Shown: in pieces, positions 37,197 to 47,542 of the stretch
Numbering within the stretch: the first letter of the stretch is position 1
Layout of the letters: every line of letters begins with the position of its first letter
Origin: an uncultured Chloroflexia bacterium
GTDB lineage: Bacteria; Chloroflexota; Dormibacteria; Aeolococcales; Aeolococcaceae
DNA length: 64,000 nt
Direction: 5' to 3'
Assembly: GCA_963841385.1 (NCBI GenBank)
Contig: CAWJCO010000003.1
Location: 264,712 to 328,711, forward strand
The notes under the pieces: model-generated
Seen by the model: the letters and a program-made list of their open reading frames with translations, nothing else
Told to the model about the DNA's origin: nothing
Databases searched by the model: none
Position numbers and translations under genes: made by a program

Positions 37197-38660
37197 ATGA
37201 CTGATCGACCCTCCCCTCAGGACGACCTCTTCGGAGGCATCGGGGGGGAGGGCGGTCGGCCGGCGGACGGGTCGCGCGTCCCGGGCGGGAGCCCGGGCGC
37301 ACCCGGGGAGACCTCCCCGCGGGCGGGGGCGAGGTGGTCCGCCGGGCCGGGTGACGCGCCCTCGCTGGCGGTCGGACCGTCTGCGCCGCTGGCCACCCGG
37401 ATGCGGCCCCAGAGCCTCGATGAGCTGCTCGGCCAGGACGCGGTCATCGGGCCCGGCAGCGTCCTCCGGGAGGCGGTGGAGGCGGATCAGCTGCCCTCGC
37501 TGATCCTCTGGGGACCCCCCGGGAGCGGCAAGACGACGCTCGCCATGCTGCTGGCGGCCAGCACCCAGGCCAGCTTCGAGCCGGTGAGCGCGGTCGCGGC
37601 CGGGGTGGCCGACCTCCGCCAGATCGTGGCCCGGGCGCGGGAGCGCCGGCGCCTGGGGCGGGAGACCGTGCTCTTCATCGACGAGATCCATCGGTTCAAC
37701 AAGGCGCAGCAGGACGCCGTTCTCCCCTATGTGGAGAGCGGCCTGGTCCATCTGCTGGGCGCCACCACCGAGAACCCGAGCTTCGAGGTCAACGCGGCCC
37801 TGCTCTCGCGGGCCCGGGTGGTCCGGCTCGAGGCGCTCGACGCCGAGGCGCTCCGAACCCTGGTCCGCCGTGCTCTCGCGGATGGTGATCGGGGCCTCGC
37901 CCGCCACCGTGTCGGCCTGAACCCCGCGGCCGAGACCCGACTCGTGGGTCTCGCGGGCGGGGATGCGCGCATCGCGCTCGACGCCCTGGAGCTGGCCGTG
38001 GTCGCGGTGGCCCGCCGAGGAGGGGAGACGGTCGGGGTCGCCGATGTCGAGGGTGCGCTGCAATCGCCGGCGCTCCTCTACGACAAGGCGGGGGACCAGC
38101 ACTACTGGCTGATCTCGGCCTTCATCAAGTCGATCCGGGGCTCGGATCCGGACGCCGGGATCTACTGGCTGGCTCGGATGCTGGAGGCAGGCGAGGACCC
38201 TCTGTTCGTGGCGCGCCGCCTGGTGGTGCTCGCCGCCGAGGACGTCGGCCTGGCCGACCCCCAGGCGCTCTCGGTGGCGGTCGCGGCCCAGCAGGCGGCG
38301 CACTTCGTGGGGATGCCCGAGGGCTACCTCCCGCTCGCCGAGGCCACCCTCTACCTGGCGCTCGCTCCCAAGAGCAACTCCGCCCTGCGGGCCTACGGCG
38401 CCGCCCGCCAGGACGTGCTCGACACCCTCCATGAGCCGGTGCCCCTCCACCTCCGCAATGCGGTCACCGCCATGGGCCGGGCGATGGGATTCGGCGCCGG
38501 CTACCGCTACGCCCACGACGAGCCGGGTGGCGTGGCTGAGCAGCAGCACCTGCCCGACCGCCTCGCCGGCCGGCGCTACTACGAGCCCGGGGAGCGCGGG
38601 GCGGAGGCCGCCATCGCGCTGCGCCTGACCGAGATCCGGCGGCGCCTGCGGGGCGAGTAG
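37197..38660 (+). CDS. rarA: Replication-associated recombination protein A (RarA/MgsA AAA+ ATPase)
   Basis: Walker A LWGPPGSGKTTLA, Walker B LFIDEIHRFNKAQQD, and the MgsA C-terminal block HYWLISAFIKSIRGSDPDAGIYWLARML. Confidence 0.9.
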   Translation: MTDRPSPQDDLFGGIGGEGGRPADGSRVPGGSPGAPGETSPRAGARWSAGPGDAPSLAVGPSAPLATRMRPQSLDELLGQDAVIGPGSVLREAVEADQLPSLILWGPPGSGKTTLAMLLAASTQASFEPVSAVAAGVADLRQIVARARERRRLGRETVLFIDEIHRFNKAQQDAVLPYVESGLVHLLGATTENPSFEVNAALLSRARVVRLEALDAEALRTLVRRALADGDRGLARHRVGLNPAAETRLVGLAGGDARIALDALELAVVAVARRGGETVGVADVEGALQSPALLYDKAGDQHYWLISAFIKSIRGSDPDAGIYWLARMLEAGEDPLFVARRLVVLAAEDVGLADPQALSVAVAAQQAAHFVGMPEGYLPLAEATLYLALAPKSNSALRAYGAARQDVLDTLHEPVPLHLRNAVTAMGRAMGFGAGYRYAHDEPGGVAEQQHLPDRLAGRRYYEPGERGAEAAIALRLTEIRRRLRGE

Positions 38661-38797
38661 CCGTACCCAGTCCGGCGCGCTGCCGGAATAGCGAAGCAGG
38701 GTGCGCGGCCGGGCCTCGCGTACCATGAACCTGCTTCTCCATTCAGTCTCGGAGCCCACCGACTGATGCACCCGGCTGCCCGCCCGGTCTGAAGGCC

Positions 38798-39754
38798 ATG
38801 CCCCAGAGTCCTCGGACTCCCGCGCCCCGCGCCCGCCCCGGCTCCGCGCCGGCACAACTGGCGGGTCGCCCGCTCACCAAGAAGCAGCGCCGGCGCCAGG
38901 CCCAGCGGGCGGTCACCGTGTCGGCGCGCCCCTGGTGGCTGGGGCCGTACGCGCTGGGCGGCGGAGCCGCGGCGGTGATAGCGGTGATCGTGGTCGTAGT
39001 CGTGCTGCTCACCGGCAGCAGCGTCCAGGCGGTGTCCGTGCCGACCCCGGTGCCGGCGTCGGTCCTGGCGGCGGTCACCCACCCCAGCGCTGGCCTCTTC
39101 TCCACGGTCGGCTCCGGCGGCCAGGGTGGGCAGCTCAGCCGGCTCAGCGGCACCACCGTCCTCAAGGACTCGAGCGGCAAGCCGGAGGTGATCTTCGTGG
39201 GCGCGGAGTACTGCCCCTACTGCGCCGCCGAACGCTGGAGCATGATCATGGCCCTCTCCCGGTTCGGCACCTTCACGGGGCTCAAGGAGATGTCGTCGGA
39301 GAGCAACGACGTCGATCCCGACACCAGCACGTTCACCTTCGTGGACAGCTCCTACACCAGCCAGTGGGTCGACTTCAGCTCGACCGAGCTGTACGACCGG
39401 AACGACAATCCGCTGCAGACGCCGGACTCGCAGGTGGAGCAGATCTACACCACCTACGATCAGCCGCCCTACACGGCGTCCAACGGCTTCCCCTTCCTCT
39501 ACATCGCGGGGAGGTTCGTCCTCTTCCAGACCAGCTACGACCCCTCCATCCTCCAGGGGCTGAGCTGGAAGCAGATCGCGGCCGACCTCGGCGACCCGAC
39601 CAGCAGCGTCGCCCAGGCCATCGTGGGCAACGCCAACTACCTGACGGCGGCGATCTGCTACGCCACCGGGAACCAGCCGGTCTCGATCTGCACGTCCGGG
39701 TCGATCCCGCGCATCGAGACGAGCATCAACGGTCAGGCCGCCGTCGGCAGCTGA
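38798..39754 (+). CDS. DUF929 domain-containing, membrane-anchored thioredoxin-fold protein (CPYC motif)
   Basis: N-terminal TM anchor. [27 protein letters not shown] matches the DUF929 signature with a CxxC redox motif. Confidence 0.7.
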   Translation: MPQSPRTPAPRARPGSAPAQLAGRPLTKKQRRRQAQRAVTVSARPWWLGPYALGGGAAAVIAVIVVVVVLLTGSSVQAVSVPTPVPASVLAAVTHPSAGLFSTVGSGGQGGQLSRLSGTTVLKDSSGKPEVIFVGAEYCPYCAAERWSMIMALSRFGTFTGLKEMSSESNDVDPDTSTFTFVDSSYTSQWVDFSSTELYDRNDNPLQTPDSQVEQIYTTYDQPPYTASNGFPFLYIAGRFVLFQTSYDPSILQGLSWKQIAADLGDPTSSVAQAIVGNANYLTAAICYATGNQPVSICTSGSIPRIETSINGQAAVGS

Positions 39755-39791
39755 GCGTGCTCTCCGACCCCCGCCGGGGGCGCTCCGCCCG

Positions 39792-40373
39792 ATGACACTG
39801 CTGGGGGTCGCCACCCCCCTGGCGGTGCTGGCGCTGATCGCCGACGCCATCGTCCTGGCGGCGCTGCTGGGCCTGCTGCTCAGCCGGGTCTCCGCCACCG
39901 CGCGGGGATGGTGGGACGGACTGCGCGACCTGGTGGCGCCGCTCGCGCTCCCCGGCGCCTTCCTGGTGTCTCTGATCGCGGTCTCGGGCAGCCTCTACTT
40001 CCAGTTCGGAGCCGATCTGGTCCCCTGCCAGCTCTGCTGGTTCCAGCGGATCTGCATGTACCCGATGGTGGTCCTGCTCGGCGTCTCCACGGTGCGGCGT
40101 GACCTGGTGAGCGCCCGGCTGTACGCGCTGCCGCTCGGGATCGTGGGGCTCGGCCTCTCCATCTACCACTACCTGCTGGAGCGCTTCCCCGGGCAGATCC
40201 ACCTCAACTGCGGTGCCGGGCAGCCCGACTGCGCGGTGACGCCCTTCAACATCTTCGGTTTCGTCTCCATCCCCTACCTGGCGCTGGCGGCGTTCCTGCT
40301 CATCCTCACCCTGCTGCTCTTCGCCCGCTCCGATGACCAGGAGGGGTGGGAGGAGGCGCCGGCCGCGTCCTGA
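39792..40373 (+). CDS. Disulfide bond formation protein B (DsbB/BdbC-like)
   Basis: Four TM helices, a first-loop CQLCWFQRICMYP motif and a second cysteine pair NCGAGQPDC. Confidence 0.8.
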   Translation: MTLLGVATPLAVLALIADAIVLAALLGLLLSRVSATARGWWDGLRDLVAPLALPGAFLVSLIAVSGSLYFQFGADLVPCQLCWFQRICMYPMVVLLGVSTVRRDLVSARLYALPLGIVGLGLSIYHYLLERFPGQIHLNCGAGQPDCAVTPFNIFGFVSIPYLALAAFLLILTLLLFARSDDQEGWEEAPAAS

Positions 40374-40434
40374 TCTCGGGGACGGAGCGCGCTTTCCCTC
40401 GTCCGCGGCTCGGTCCGATGCGGGCCCGTTGCGC

Positions 40435-41208
40435 TCACCCCGGCCGTGCCAGCAGGAGGCCGGCCCGCGCCGCCCGCTCCTCGCGCCGGTCACCCGTTGG
40501 GTCGCGGGCGTCCCGCCACCCGGTGGCCGCGAGCAGCGCGCCGGCGCCGTCGGCGGTGAGCACGGTGCGAACCGGCTCGCCCACCGCCGTGACCCTCGCC
40601 TGGAAACGCTCGCGGCGCTCTCCCGAGGCGTCGCCGACCGAGAGGCTGATCGCCAGCAGGCTCTCCGGCGCCGCCCGGGCGCGCAGCCCGCGCAGGAGTT
40701 CTTCGAGGACGTCCGTCTCCAGGTAGACGGCGACGCCCTCGCAGAGGAAGAGGGTGGCGACGTCGGGACGCTGGCCGGCGGCGGCGAGCCCACCGGCGAC
40801 GTCATCGACGGCGAAATCGGCGGCGACGAAGGCAATCCCCGCCGCCGGCAGGTCCAGCCGGGTCAGTCGCTCGAGCTTGTCGGCCTGGGTGGCCGGGTGG
40901 TCCACCTCGAACCAGCTCACTCCCGGCTTGGCGTAGCGGAGGGCCCGACCGTCGTAGCCGGCCCCGGCGATGACCACCTGGGTCACGCCCCGCTGGAGGG
41001 AGCGGACCACGACCGAGTCGAAGAATCGGGTGCGCGCGGCGAGGTACGCGAACATCGGGCTCTGCGGGTCGACGGGCTGGTCACCGGCGACGTCGCGGCC
41101 GAGGCGATCGTCCGCGGCCGGATCGCCGTGGTCAGCCGGGACGCGGGCGAAGAGGGCACGCTGGGCGGCCACGCGCTGCGCGGTGAGCGACGCCTGCTCC
41201 CGCCTCAC
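40435..41208 (-). CDS. Class I SAM-dependent methyltransferase (TIGR00027 / leucine carboxyl methyltransferase-like)
   Basis: TAQRVAAQRALF... and the motif I block QVVIAGAGYDGRALRY. Confidence 0.75.
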   Translation of the reverse strand: MRREQASLTAQRVAAQRALFARVPADHGDPAADDRLGRDVAGDQPVDPQSPMFAYLAARTRFFDSVVVRSLQRGVTQVVIAGAGYDGRALRYAKPGVSWFEVDHPATQADKLERLTRLDLPAAGIAFVAADFAVDDVAGGLAAAGQRPDVATLFLCEGVAVYLETDVLEELLRGLRARAAPESLLAISLSVGDASGERRERFQARVTAVGEPVRTVLTADGAGALLAATGWRDARDPTGDRREERAARAGLLLARPG

Positions 41209-41297
41209 GGGGTCGAGATGGTGACGGGCGGCATGTCTCGCAGGGGAGCGTGTGAGGTTTCAGTACCCGCCTCGCTGGGGAAGCTGGGGGAGCGAGT

Positions 41298-41371
41298 TGG
41301 AGGCGACGGTGGGAATCGAACCCACGATCAGGGTTTTGCAGACCCGTGCCTTACCACTTGGCTACGTCGCC
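41298..41371 (-). tRNA. tRNA-Cys (anticodon GCA), CCA encoded
   Basis: Reverse complement GGCGACGTAGCCAAGTGGTAAGGCACGGGTCTGCAAAACCCTGATCGTGGGTTCGATTCCCACCGTCGCCTCCA. Anticodon loop CTGCAAA, discriminator U. Confidence 0.85.
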
Positions 41372-41733
41372 GTACAGGGGATTCTCGCGTACCAGGTGTC
41401 TCTCCTGGCACCTTGATGGCGTGCGCGGTGCTGATGTGAAGCCCCCGGCATGGTGGGGGGAGCGTCGGGCGCGACCAGCCCGGCGCGGCGGGCTGACCTG
41501 GACGAGGATACCGGGAACGGGGCCGGGGAGACCGGCCGTCGCCGCCCGAAGGTGTCAGGGAGGGTGTCGGCACGGCGAGGCACCCGTCGTGACGCGCGCC
41601 ACGGGGCTGCACACCACATCCATCCAGGGTGGCCTTGCGCCAGCGATCGAGGCTTCACCGGAAGGAGCGATGGTGTGCATCGACGGACTTGCCCGGATCG
41701 TGCGGTTCCGGGATTGCCGGTCGGTGGGCGCGA

Positions 41734-42948
41734 TCAGCGGGCTTGGGGCACCCGCTCCTCACACCCCCAGGGGGCACCGTGGGAATTGAGCAGGTCCAGG
41801 AAGGGGTCCGCCGGGAAGGCCTCGGGGCCGAGGACGCCCGCTCCCTTCCAGGCCCCGGAATCGAGCAGTTCCAGCGCGGCCAGCGGGTTCACCGCCGTCT
41901 GCCACACCACCGCCTGCGAGCCGTACTCGGCCATGCAGGTCGCGTTGTCGACCACGTGGTAAAGGTAGACCTCCCTCGGTTGGCCGTCCTTGCCGGTGCC
42001 GCGGACCCAGGTGCCGGCGCAGGTCAGCCCGGACATGCGGTCGCCGAGCTCGGCCGGCTCGGGCAGGCAGGCGGCCACCAGGTCGCGCGGCGACACCCGG
42101 GCGTCACCGACACTCACGGGCGCCGTCGAGTCCAGGCCCAGCTTGTGGAGGGTCTGGAGGACACCGATGAACTCGTCGCCCAGCCCGTACTTGAAGGTGA
42201 CCCGGCCGCAGTCGATCCAGCGCGGCACCAGGAGCACCTCCTCATGCTCGACGTTGACGCACTCGACCGCGCCGATCCCTGCGGGGAAGGTGAACACCTC
42301 GGGCTCACTGAAGGGCGGAGTGGTGAACCACCCCTTGCCGCGCTCGAAGATTATGGGAGGGTTGAGACATTCCTCGATGGTCGTCCAGATCGAGAACGTG
42401 GGCGCGAACTCGTAGCCCTCGACGACCAGGTTGGCGCCGTCCCGCACCCCGATCTCGTCGATGGTGGAGAAGAGCCGATCCGAGGCGTAGCGGGAGAAGA
42501 CGTCGGCCAAGCCGGGCTCCACCCCCATCCCCACCAGGGCCAGCAGCCCCTTGCTCTCCCATTCCTGGTCGAGGGCGAACTGCTCGTCGCCGAGCTTCAC
42601 GCCGGGCTTCGCGTAGGGGTCGTCCGGATGGGGGTGGGAGAGCGACATCGCCATGTCCAGGTAGGTGACCCGGGAGGCCAGGGCCGCCCGGAAGAGGGGC
42701 ATGACGAATCGTGGGTCGACGGCGTTCACCAGCACGTCGCACCTCTCCGCCTCCAGCAGTTGCGATACCGCCTTCTCGTCCCCGGCGTCGAGATGCACGG
42801 CGCGGAAACGCTCCCCGGCCGCGGCGGCACGCTGAGCTCGCGCCACGTCATAGTCGGCGACCACCACCCTCTCGAAGAGGTTCCAGCGCGCCGCCGTGCG
42901 CGCGATCGCGGTTCCGACTCCACCAGCTCCGACAAGCAGTACGCGCAT
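41734..42948 (-). CDS. Saccharopine dehydrogenase family protein (carboxynorspermidine/homospermidine-type NAD(P) oxidoreductase)
   Basis: Rossmann N-terminus [16 protein letters not shown]. The 404-aa length and overall pattern fit the saccharopine dehydrogenase-like family. Confidence 0.7.
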   Translation of the reverse strand: MRVLLVGAGGVGTAIARTAARWNLFERVVVADYDVARAQRAAAAGERFRAVHLDAGDEKAVSQLLEAERCDVLVNAVDPRFVMPLFRAALASRVTYLDMAMSLSHPHPDDPYAKPGVKLGDEQFALDQEWESKGLLALVGMGVEPGLADVFSRYASDRLFSTIDEIGVRDGANLVVEGYEFAPTFSIWTTIEECLNPPIIFERGKGWFTTPPFSEPEVFTFPAGIGAVECVNVEHEEVLLVPRWIDCGRVTFKYGLGDEFIGVLQTLHKLGLDSTAPVSVGDARVSPRDLVAACLPEPAELGDRMSGLTCAGTWVRGTGKDGQPREVYLYHVVDNATCMAEYGSQAVVWQTAVNPLAALELLDSGAWKGAGVLGPEAFPADPFLDLLNSHGAPWGCEERVPQAR

Positions 42949-43043
42949 GGCAGAAAACCCTCCAGGGCGGCGATTATACTGGCCGCCAAACAGGACCGGG
43001 TGGGCGCGCCCGGCAGGAGGCGCGGGTAGCTGGGGAGGCGGTC

Positions 43044-44486
43044 GTGAGCGGCATACGCGACAGGTGGGGGAACTTCGTTGGCGGTGAGTACATCGACCCC
43101 AGGGATGGTGCCTTTAGTCATCTGATCGACCCGGTCAATGGAGAGGTGTTCACCTCAGTGCCGCTCTCGAAGCCAGAGGATGTCGACCACGCCTGCCAGG
43201 TGGCGGAGAAGGCGTTCGAGGTTTGGCGTGAGACCACGCCGTCAGAGCGGAGCCTGGCTCTGTTGCGCCTCGCCGACGCCATGGAGAGGCGGGGCGACGA
43301 GATCGTCGACCTGGAGTGCCGGAACACCGGCAAGCCACGAGCGCTGACCGCGTCCGAGGAGCTGCCCCCCGTCCTCGACCAGATCCGCTTCTTCGCCGGC
43401 GCCTGCCGGCTTCTCGAGGGTCGCGCCGCCGCCGAGTACATGCACGGCTACACGTCCTTCGTGCGCCGCGAGCCGGTCGGGGTCTGCGCTCAGGTGACCC
43501 CCTGGAACTACCCGATGATGATGGCGGTCTGGAAGTTCGCCCCCGCCATCGCCGCCGGCAACACGGTGGTCCTCAAGCCGGCCCACACCACCCCGCTGAC
43601 CAGCCTGCTGATGGCAGAGATCGCTGCCGAATTCCTCCCCGCTGGAGTGCTCAACGTGGTCTGCGGCAGCAACCGCGACATGGGCAGCGCCCTGATCGGC
43701 CATCCCATCCCCCGGATGGTCTCCATCACCGGCAGCGTGCGGGCCGGACGCGAGGTCGCCCTCGCCGCCGCCGCCGATATCAAGCGGGTGCACCTGGAGC
43801 TGGGGGGAAAGGCTCCGGTGGTCGTCTTCGACGACGTCGATGTCGAGAAGGCGGCCGCGGGCATCGCCATGGCCGGCTTCTTCAACGCCGGCCAGGACTG
43901 CACGGCGGCGACCCGGGTGATCGCCGGCCCGCGCGTCTACGGCGACTTCGTGGAGGCGCTCACGGAGCGGGCGAAGGCGCAGGTGGTGGGCGCGCCCGAC
44001 CTGCCCAATGTGGACTTCGGTCCGCTCAACAGCGAGAGCCAGCTCAAGGTCGTGACCGGCTACGTCGACCGGCTCCCCGCCCATGCCGAGGTGCGCCACG
44101 GCGGCCACCGGATCGGAGACCGGGGCTTCTTCTACGAACCCACCGTGGTCACCGGGGTGGAGCAGTCCGACGAGATCATCCAGGAGGAGGTGTTCGGCCC
44201 GGTCATCACCGTGCAGCGCTTCTCCGACGAGGACCAGGCGGTCGCCTGGGCTAACGGGGTGGAGTACGGACTGGCATCGTCGGTATGGACTCGTGACCAC
44301 GGCCGGGCGATGCGCATGGCCAAGCGGCTGGACTTCGGCTGCGTGTGGATCAACACCCACATCCCGCTGGTGGCCGAGATGCCCCATGGCGGGTTCCGGC
44401 ACTCCGGCTACGGCAAGGATCTGTCCGTGTACGGATTCGAGGACTACACCCGGGTCAAGCACGTGATGACGGCGCTCGACTTCTGA
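43044..44486 (+). CDS. NAD-dependent aldehyde dehydrogenase (gamma-aminobutyraldehyde dehydrogenase-like)
   Basis: VTPWNYP, ELGGKAP, and the catalytic Cys in [16 protein letters not shown] 43044 follows GGGGAGG. Confidence 0.85.
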   Translation: MSGIRDRWGNFVGGEYIDPRDGAFSHLIDPVNGEVFTSVPLSKPEDVDHACQVAEKAFEVWRETTPSERSLALLRLADAMERRGDEIVDLECRNTGKPRALTASEELPPVLDQIRFFAGACRLLEGRAAAEYMHGYTSFVRREPVGVCAQVTPWNYPMMMAVWKFAPAIAAGNTVVLKPAHTTPLTSLLMAEIAAEFLPAGVLNVVCGSNRDMGSALIGHPIPRMVSITGSVRAGREVALAAAADIKRVHLELGGKAPVVVFDDVDVEKAAAGIAMAGFFNAGQDCTAATRVIAGPRVYGDFVEALTERAKAQVVGAPDLPNVDFGPLNSESQLKVVTGYVDRLPAHAEVRHGGHRIGDRGFFYEPTVVTGVEQSDEIIQEEVFGPVITVQRFSDEDQAVAWANGVEYGLASSVWTRDHGRAMRMAKRLDFGCVWINTHIPLVAEMPHGGFRHSGYGKDLSVYGFEDYTRVKHVMTALDF

Positions 44487-44500
44487 GCTGAGGTAGGGTC

Positions 44501-45820
44501 ATGACAGCCATTCCCGATAACCTCTCGCCGACACGCCACCTGGTCACCGAGATCCCCGGCCCGCGGTCGCTGGAGCTGATGTCACGCCGCCAGCGCGCCA
44601 TCCCCAGCGGGGTCGGCACCACCCTGCCGGTGTTCGTCACCCGGGCCGGTCCCGGGATCCTGGAGGACGTCGACGGCAACCGCCTGATCGACTTCGGCTC
44701 CGGGATCTCCACCACCAACGTGGGCAACAGCGCCCCGCTGGTGGTCGCCGCCATCCAGGAGCAGGCGGCGCTCTTCACCCACACCTGCTTCCAGGTGACC
44801 CCGTACGCGAGCTACGTCGAGGTGTGCGAGCGGCTCAACGAGCTGACCCCGGGGAGTCACGAGAAGCGCTCCTTCCTGGTCAACTCGGGGGCCGAGGCGG
44901 TGGAGAACGCGGTCAAGGTCGCCCGCTACGCCACCGGTCGGCCCGGCATCGTCGCCTTTGACCATGGCTTTCACGGTCGCACCCTGCTGGCCCTGACCCT
45001 CACCGGCAAGGTCCATCCCTACAAGCAGGGGTTCGGTCCCTTCGTCCCCGAGATCCACCGCGCCCCGTACTCCGATCCCTTCCGCGAGACCGGCCGGCTG
45101 GGCGACACCATCACCATGCTGGAGACCACGGTCGGGGTGGAGAGCATCGCCGCCGTGCTGGTCGAGCCGATCGCCGGTGAGGGGGGCGTGGTGGTGCCCG
45201 AGCCGGGGTGGCTCGCCGGCCTCGCCGACTGGTGCCGGGAGCAGGGCATCCTGCTCATCGCGGATGAGGTGCAGACCGGGTTCGGGCGCACCGGCGCCTG
45301 GTTCGCGTGCGAGCACGAGGGGGTGGTGCCCGACCTGATCACCACCGCCAAGAGCCTGGGGGGCGGGCTGCCCATCGGCGGCATCACTGGCCGCGCCGAG
45401 ATCATGAACGCGGTGCACAGCGGCGGCCTGGGCGGGACCTTCGGCGGCAACCCGGTGGCCTGCGCCGCCGCTCTGGCGGCGATCCGCACCATCGAGTCGG
45501 AGGGACTGCTGGCCCGGGCCCGCGCCATCGGCGAGACCATGATGCGCCGGCTCCGCCGGCTCTCCGCCGGCGCCCCGGCGATCGGCAACGTGCGCGGCAG
45601 GGGGGCGATGGTGGGGATTGAGTTCGTGGGCGCAGACGGCATCGCCCCAGACCGCGAGACCACCGGCCGGGTCCTGCGCCGGTGCCACCAGGACGGGCTG
45701 ATGGTGCTCGGCGCCGGGACCTACGGCAACGTGATCCGCCTCCTCCCTCCCTTGGTCATCTCGGACGGGCTGCTCGACGAGGGCCTGGGGATCCTCGAGC
45801 GAGCGGTGACGGCGCCATGA
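44501..45820 (+). CDS. gabT: 4-aminobutyrate--2-oxoglutarate transaminase (class III aminotransferase)
   Basis: NSGAEAVENAVK, DEVQTGFGRTG, and the PLP-Lys in TTAKSLGGGLP. Confidence 0.85.
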   Translation: MTAIPDNLSPTRHLVTEIPGPRSLELMSRRQRAIPSGVGTTLPVFVTRAGPGILEDVDGNRLIDFGSGISTTNVGNSAPLVVAAIQEQAALFTHTCFQVTPYASYVEVCERLNELTPGSHEKRSFLVNSGAEAVENAVKVARYATGRPGIVAFDHGFHGRTLLALTLTGKVHPYKQGFGPFVPEIHRAPYSDPFRETGRLGDTITMLETTVGVESIAAVLVEPIAGEGGVVVPEPGWLAGLADWCREQGILLIADEVQTGFGRTGAWFACEHEGVVPDLITTAKSLGGGLPIGGITGRAEIMNAVHSGGLGGTFGGNPVACAAALAAIRTIESEGLLARARAIGETMMRRLRRLSAGAPAIGNVRGRGAMVGIEFVGADGIAPDRETTGRVLRRCHQDGLMVLGAGTYGNVIRLLPPLVISDGLLDEGLGILERAVTAP

Positions 45821-45872
45821 GAGCCCTTTGCCAGTCAGAGTCGGCGGTGCACTGAAGCGTAAGGAGACACTC

Positions 45873-47462
45873 ATGGCGGCGGCTGTCATCAGCGAGGCCC
45901 AGGTGGACAAGGGCCTCAAGTCGGGTGCCCTCTCGCTGGTCTCCAGCATCGTCATCGGGGTCGCATCCACGGCCCCGGCCTACAGCCTCGCGGCCACCCT
46001 GGGTGCCATCGCCGCCTTCTGCGGCCTGATCTCGCCGCTGGTGGTGCTGATCGCCTTCGTGCCCATGCTCTTCGTCTCGATCGGCTACAGCGAGCTGAAC
46101 AAGGCTGATCCCGACTGCGGCACCACCTTCACCTGGGCCACCCGGGCCTTCGGTCCGAGGACCGGCTGGCTGGGAGGCTGGGGGATCCTGGCTTCGGACA
46201 TCCTGGTCATGGCCAGCCTGTCACAGGTGGCGTCGGTGTACACCTTCCACCTGTTCAACGCCGACAGCATCGCCAACGACGCCACCGGTGGCTGGGTCCT
46301 GCTCCTCGGCCTGGCCTTCCTCGCCGTGATGACCTGGGTCTGCTACCGCGGCATCGAGATCTCGGCGCGGCTGCAGCGCGTGCTGCTCTCGGTCGAGGTC
46401 ACCATCCTCATGGTTTTCGGCCTGGTGGCGCTGATCCGGGTGCTCACCGGCAACGCCCCCGCCGGCCACGTTACTCCGAGCATCAACTGGTTCAACCCCG
46501 CATCGGTGTCCTTCTCGAGCCTGATCAGCGGGCTCCTGCTCATGCTCTTCATCTACTGGGGCTGGGACACGTCGGTGTCGATCAACGAGGAGACCGCCGA
46601 CCGAACCCGCAACCCGGGGCGAGCGGCGATCATCTCCACCGTCCTTCTGCTGGTGATGTACTTCGTGGTCACCCTGGGCGTCCAGTCTTTCGCCGGGGTC
46701 GGGACCACCGGCACCGGGCTGGCCAACCCCAACAACGTGGGTGACGTCATCTCAGTGCTGGGCACGGCGGTCTTCGGCACCTCGTGGTTCGGCCAGCTCT
46801 TCTTCCACCTGCTCATTCTGATGGTGCTCTCCTCGGCGGCCGCCTCGGCCCAGACCACCATCCTGCCCACCGCCCGGACCATGCTCTCCATGGCGGTCTA
46901 CAAGGCACTTCCCGACTCCTTCGCCCGCATGCACCCGCGCTACTTCACCCCCAGTGTGTCGACGCTGGTGATGGGGGGCGTTTCTGCCGTGGTGTACGTC
47001 ATCATGAACTACTTGTCCAACGGGTTGGTGATCGCCGACGCGGTCACCGCCATCGGGGTCTGGATCGCCTTCTACTACGGGCTCACCGGCTTCACCTGCG
47101 CCTGGTACTACCGCAAGACGCTGTTCAGCAGCGCGCGCAACTTCTTGATGCGCGGCCTCATCCCGTTGCTCGGCGGCCTGATGCTGTACTTCGCCCTGGT
47201 GTGGAGCATCGGGTCCGATTTCAACTTCGCGAGCGGGGTCAGCTACACCTCATGGACCCTGCCCTTCGGGCCGCGCTGGGTGATCGGCGGCGTCTTCCTG
47301 ATCGCCCTCGTCTCGGTGGTGGTCGGTCTCGTCATCATGGTGGCGTGGTGGCTCGCCCGCCCGCCCTTCTTCCAGGGCAAGGTGCTCAACCGCTCGACGC
47401 CCACCCTGGTGCCAGAATCGGGGCTGCCGGACGTGGCCGCTCCTCCAGCGATCCCGTCGTGA
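45873..47462 (+). CDS. APC-family amino acid/polyamine permease
   Basis: AAGGAG RBS before ATG 45873. 12 TM helices, and the motif ELNKADPDCGTTFTW typical of APC transporters. Confidence 0.8.
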   Translation: MAAAVISEAQVDKGLKSGALSLVSSIVIGVASTAPAYSLAATLGAIAAFCGLISPLVVLIAFVPMLFVSIGYSELNKADPDCGTTFTWATRAFGPRTGWLGGWGILASDILVMASLSQVASVYTFHLFNADSIANDATGGWVLLLGLAFLAVMTWVCYRGIEISARLQRVLLSVEVTILMVFGLVALIRVLTGNAPAGHVTPSINWFNPASVSFSSLISGLLLMLFIYWGWDTSVSINEETADRTRNPGRAAIISTVLLLVMYFVVTLGVQSFAGVGTTGTGLANPNNVGDVISVLGTAVFGTSWFGQLFFHLLILMVLSSAAASAQTTILPTARTMLSMAVYKALPDSFARMHPRYFTPSVSTLVMGGVSAVVYVIMNYLSNGLVIADAVTAIGVWIAFYYGLTGFTCAWYYRKTLFSSARNFLMRGLIPLLGGLMLYFALVWSIGSDFNFASGVSYTSWTLPFGPRWVIGGVFLIALVSVVVGLVIMVAWWLARPPFFQGKVLNRSTPTLVPESGLPDVAAPPAIPS

Positions 47463-47542
47463 CCCCGTGACCGGGATGCTCTGACCGCTCCGCCCGCCTG
47501 CTCCGGCGATCGCCGCCCAATCCGGGCGGCTGGGAGATCCAT

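Noticed and set aside
41298-41371. tRNA-Cys and tRNA-Leu as integration sites with att-like repeats, by analogy to tRNA-Gly.
   Set aside because: I found no duplicated copy of their 3' ends in the flanking kilobases by eye, and the flanking genes have host-like composition.
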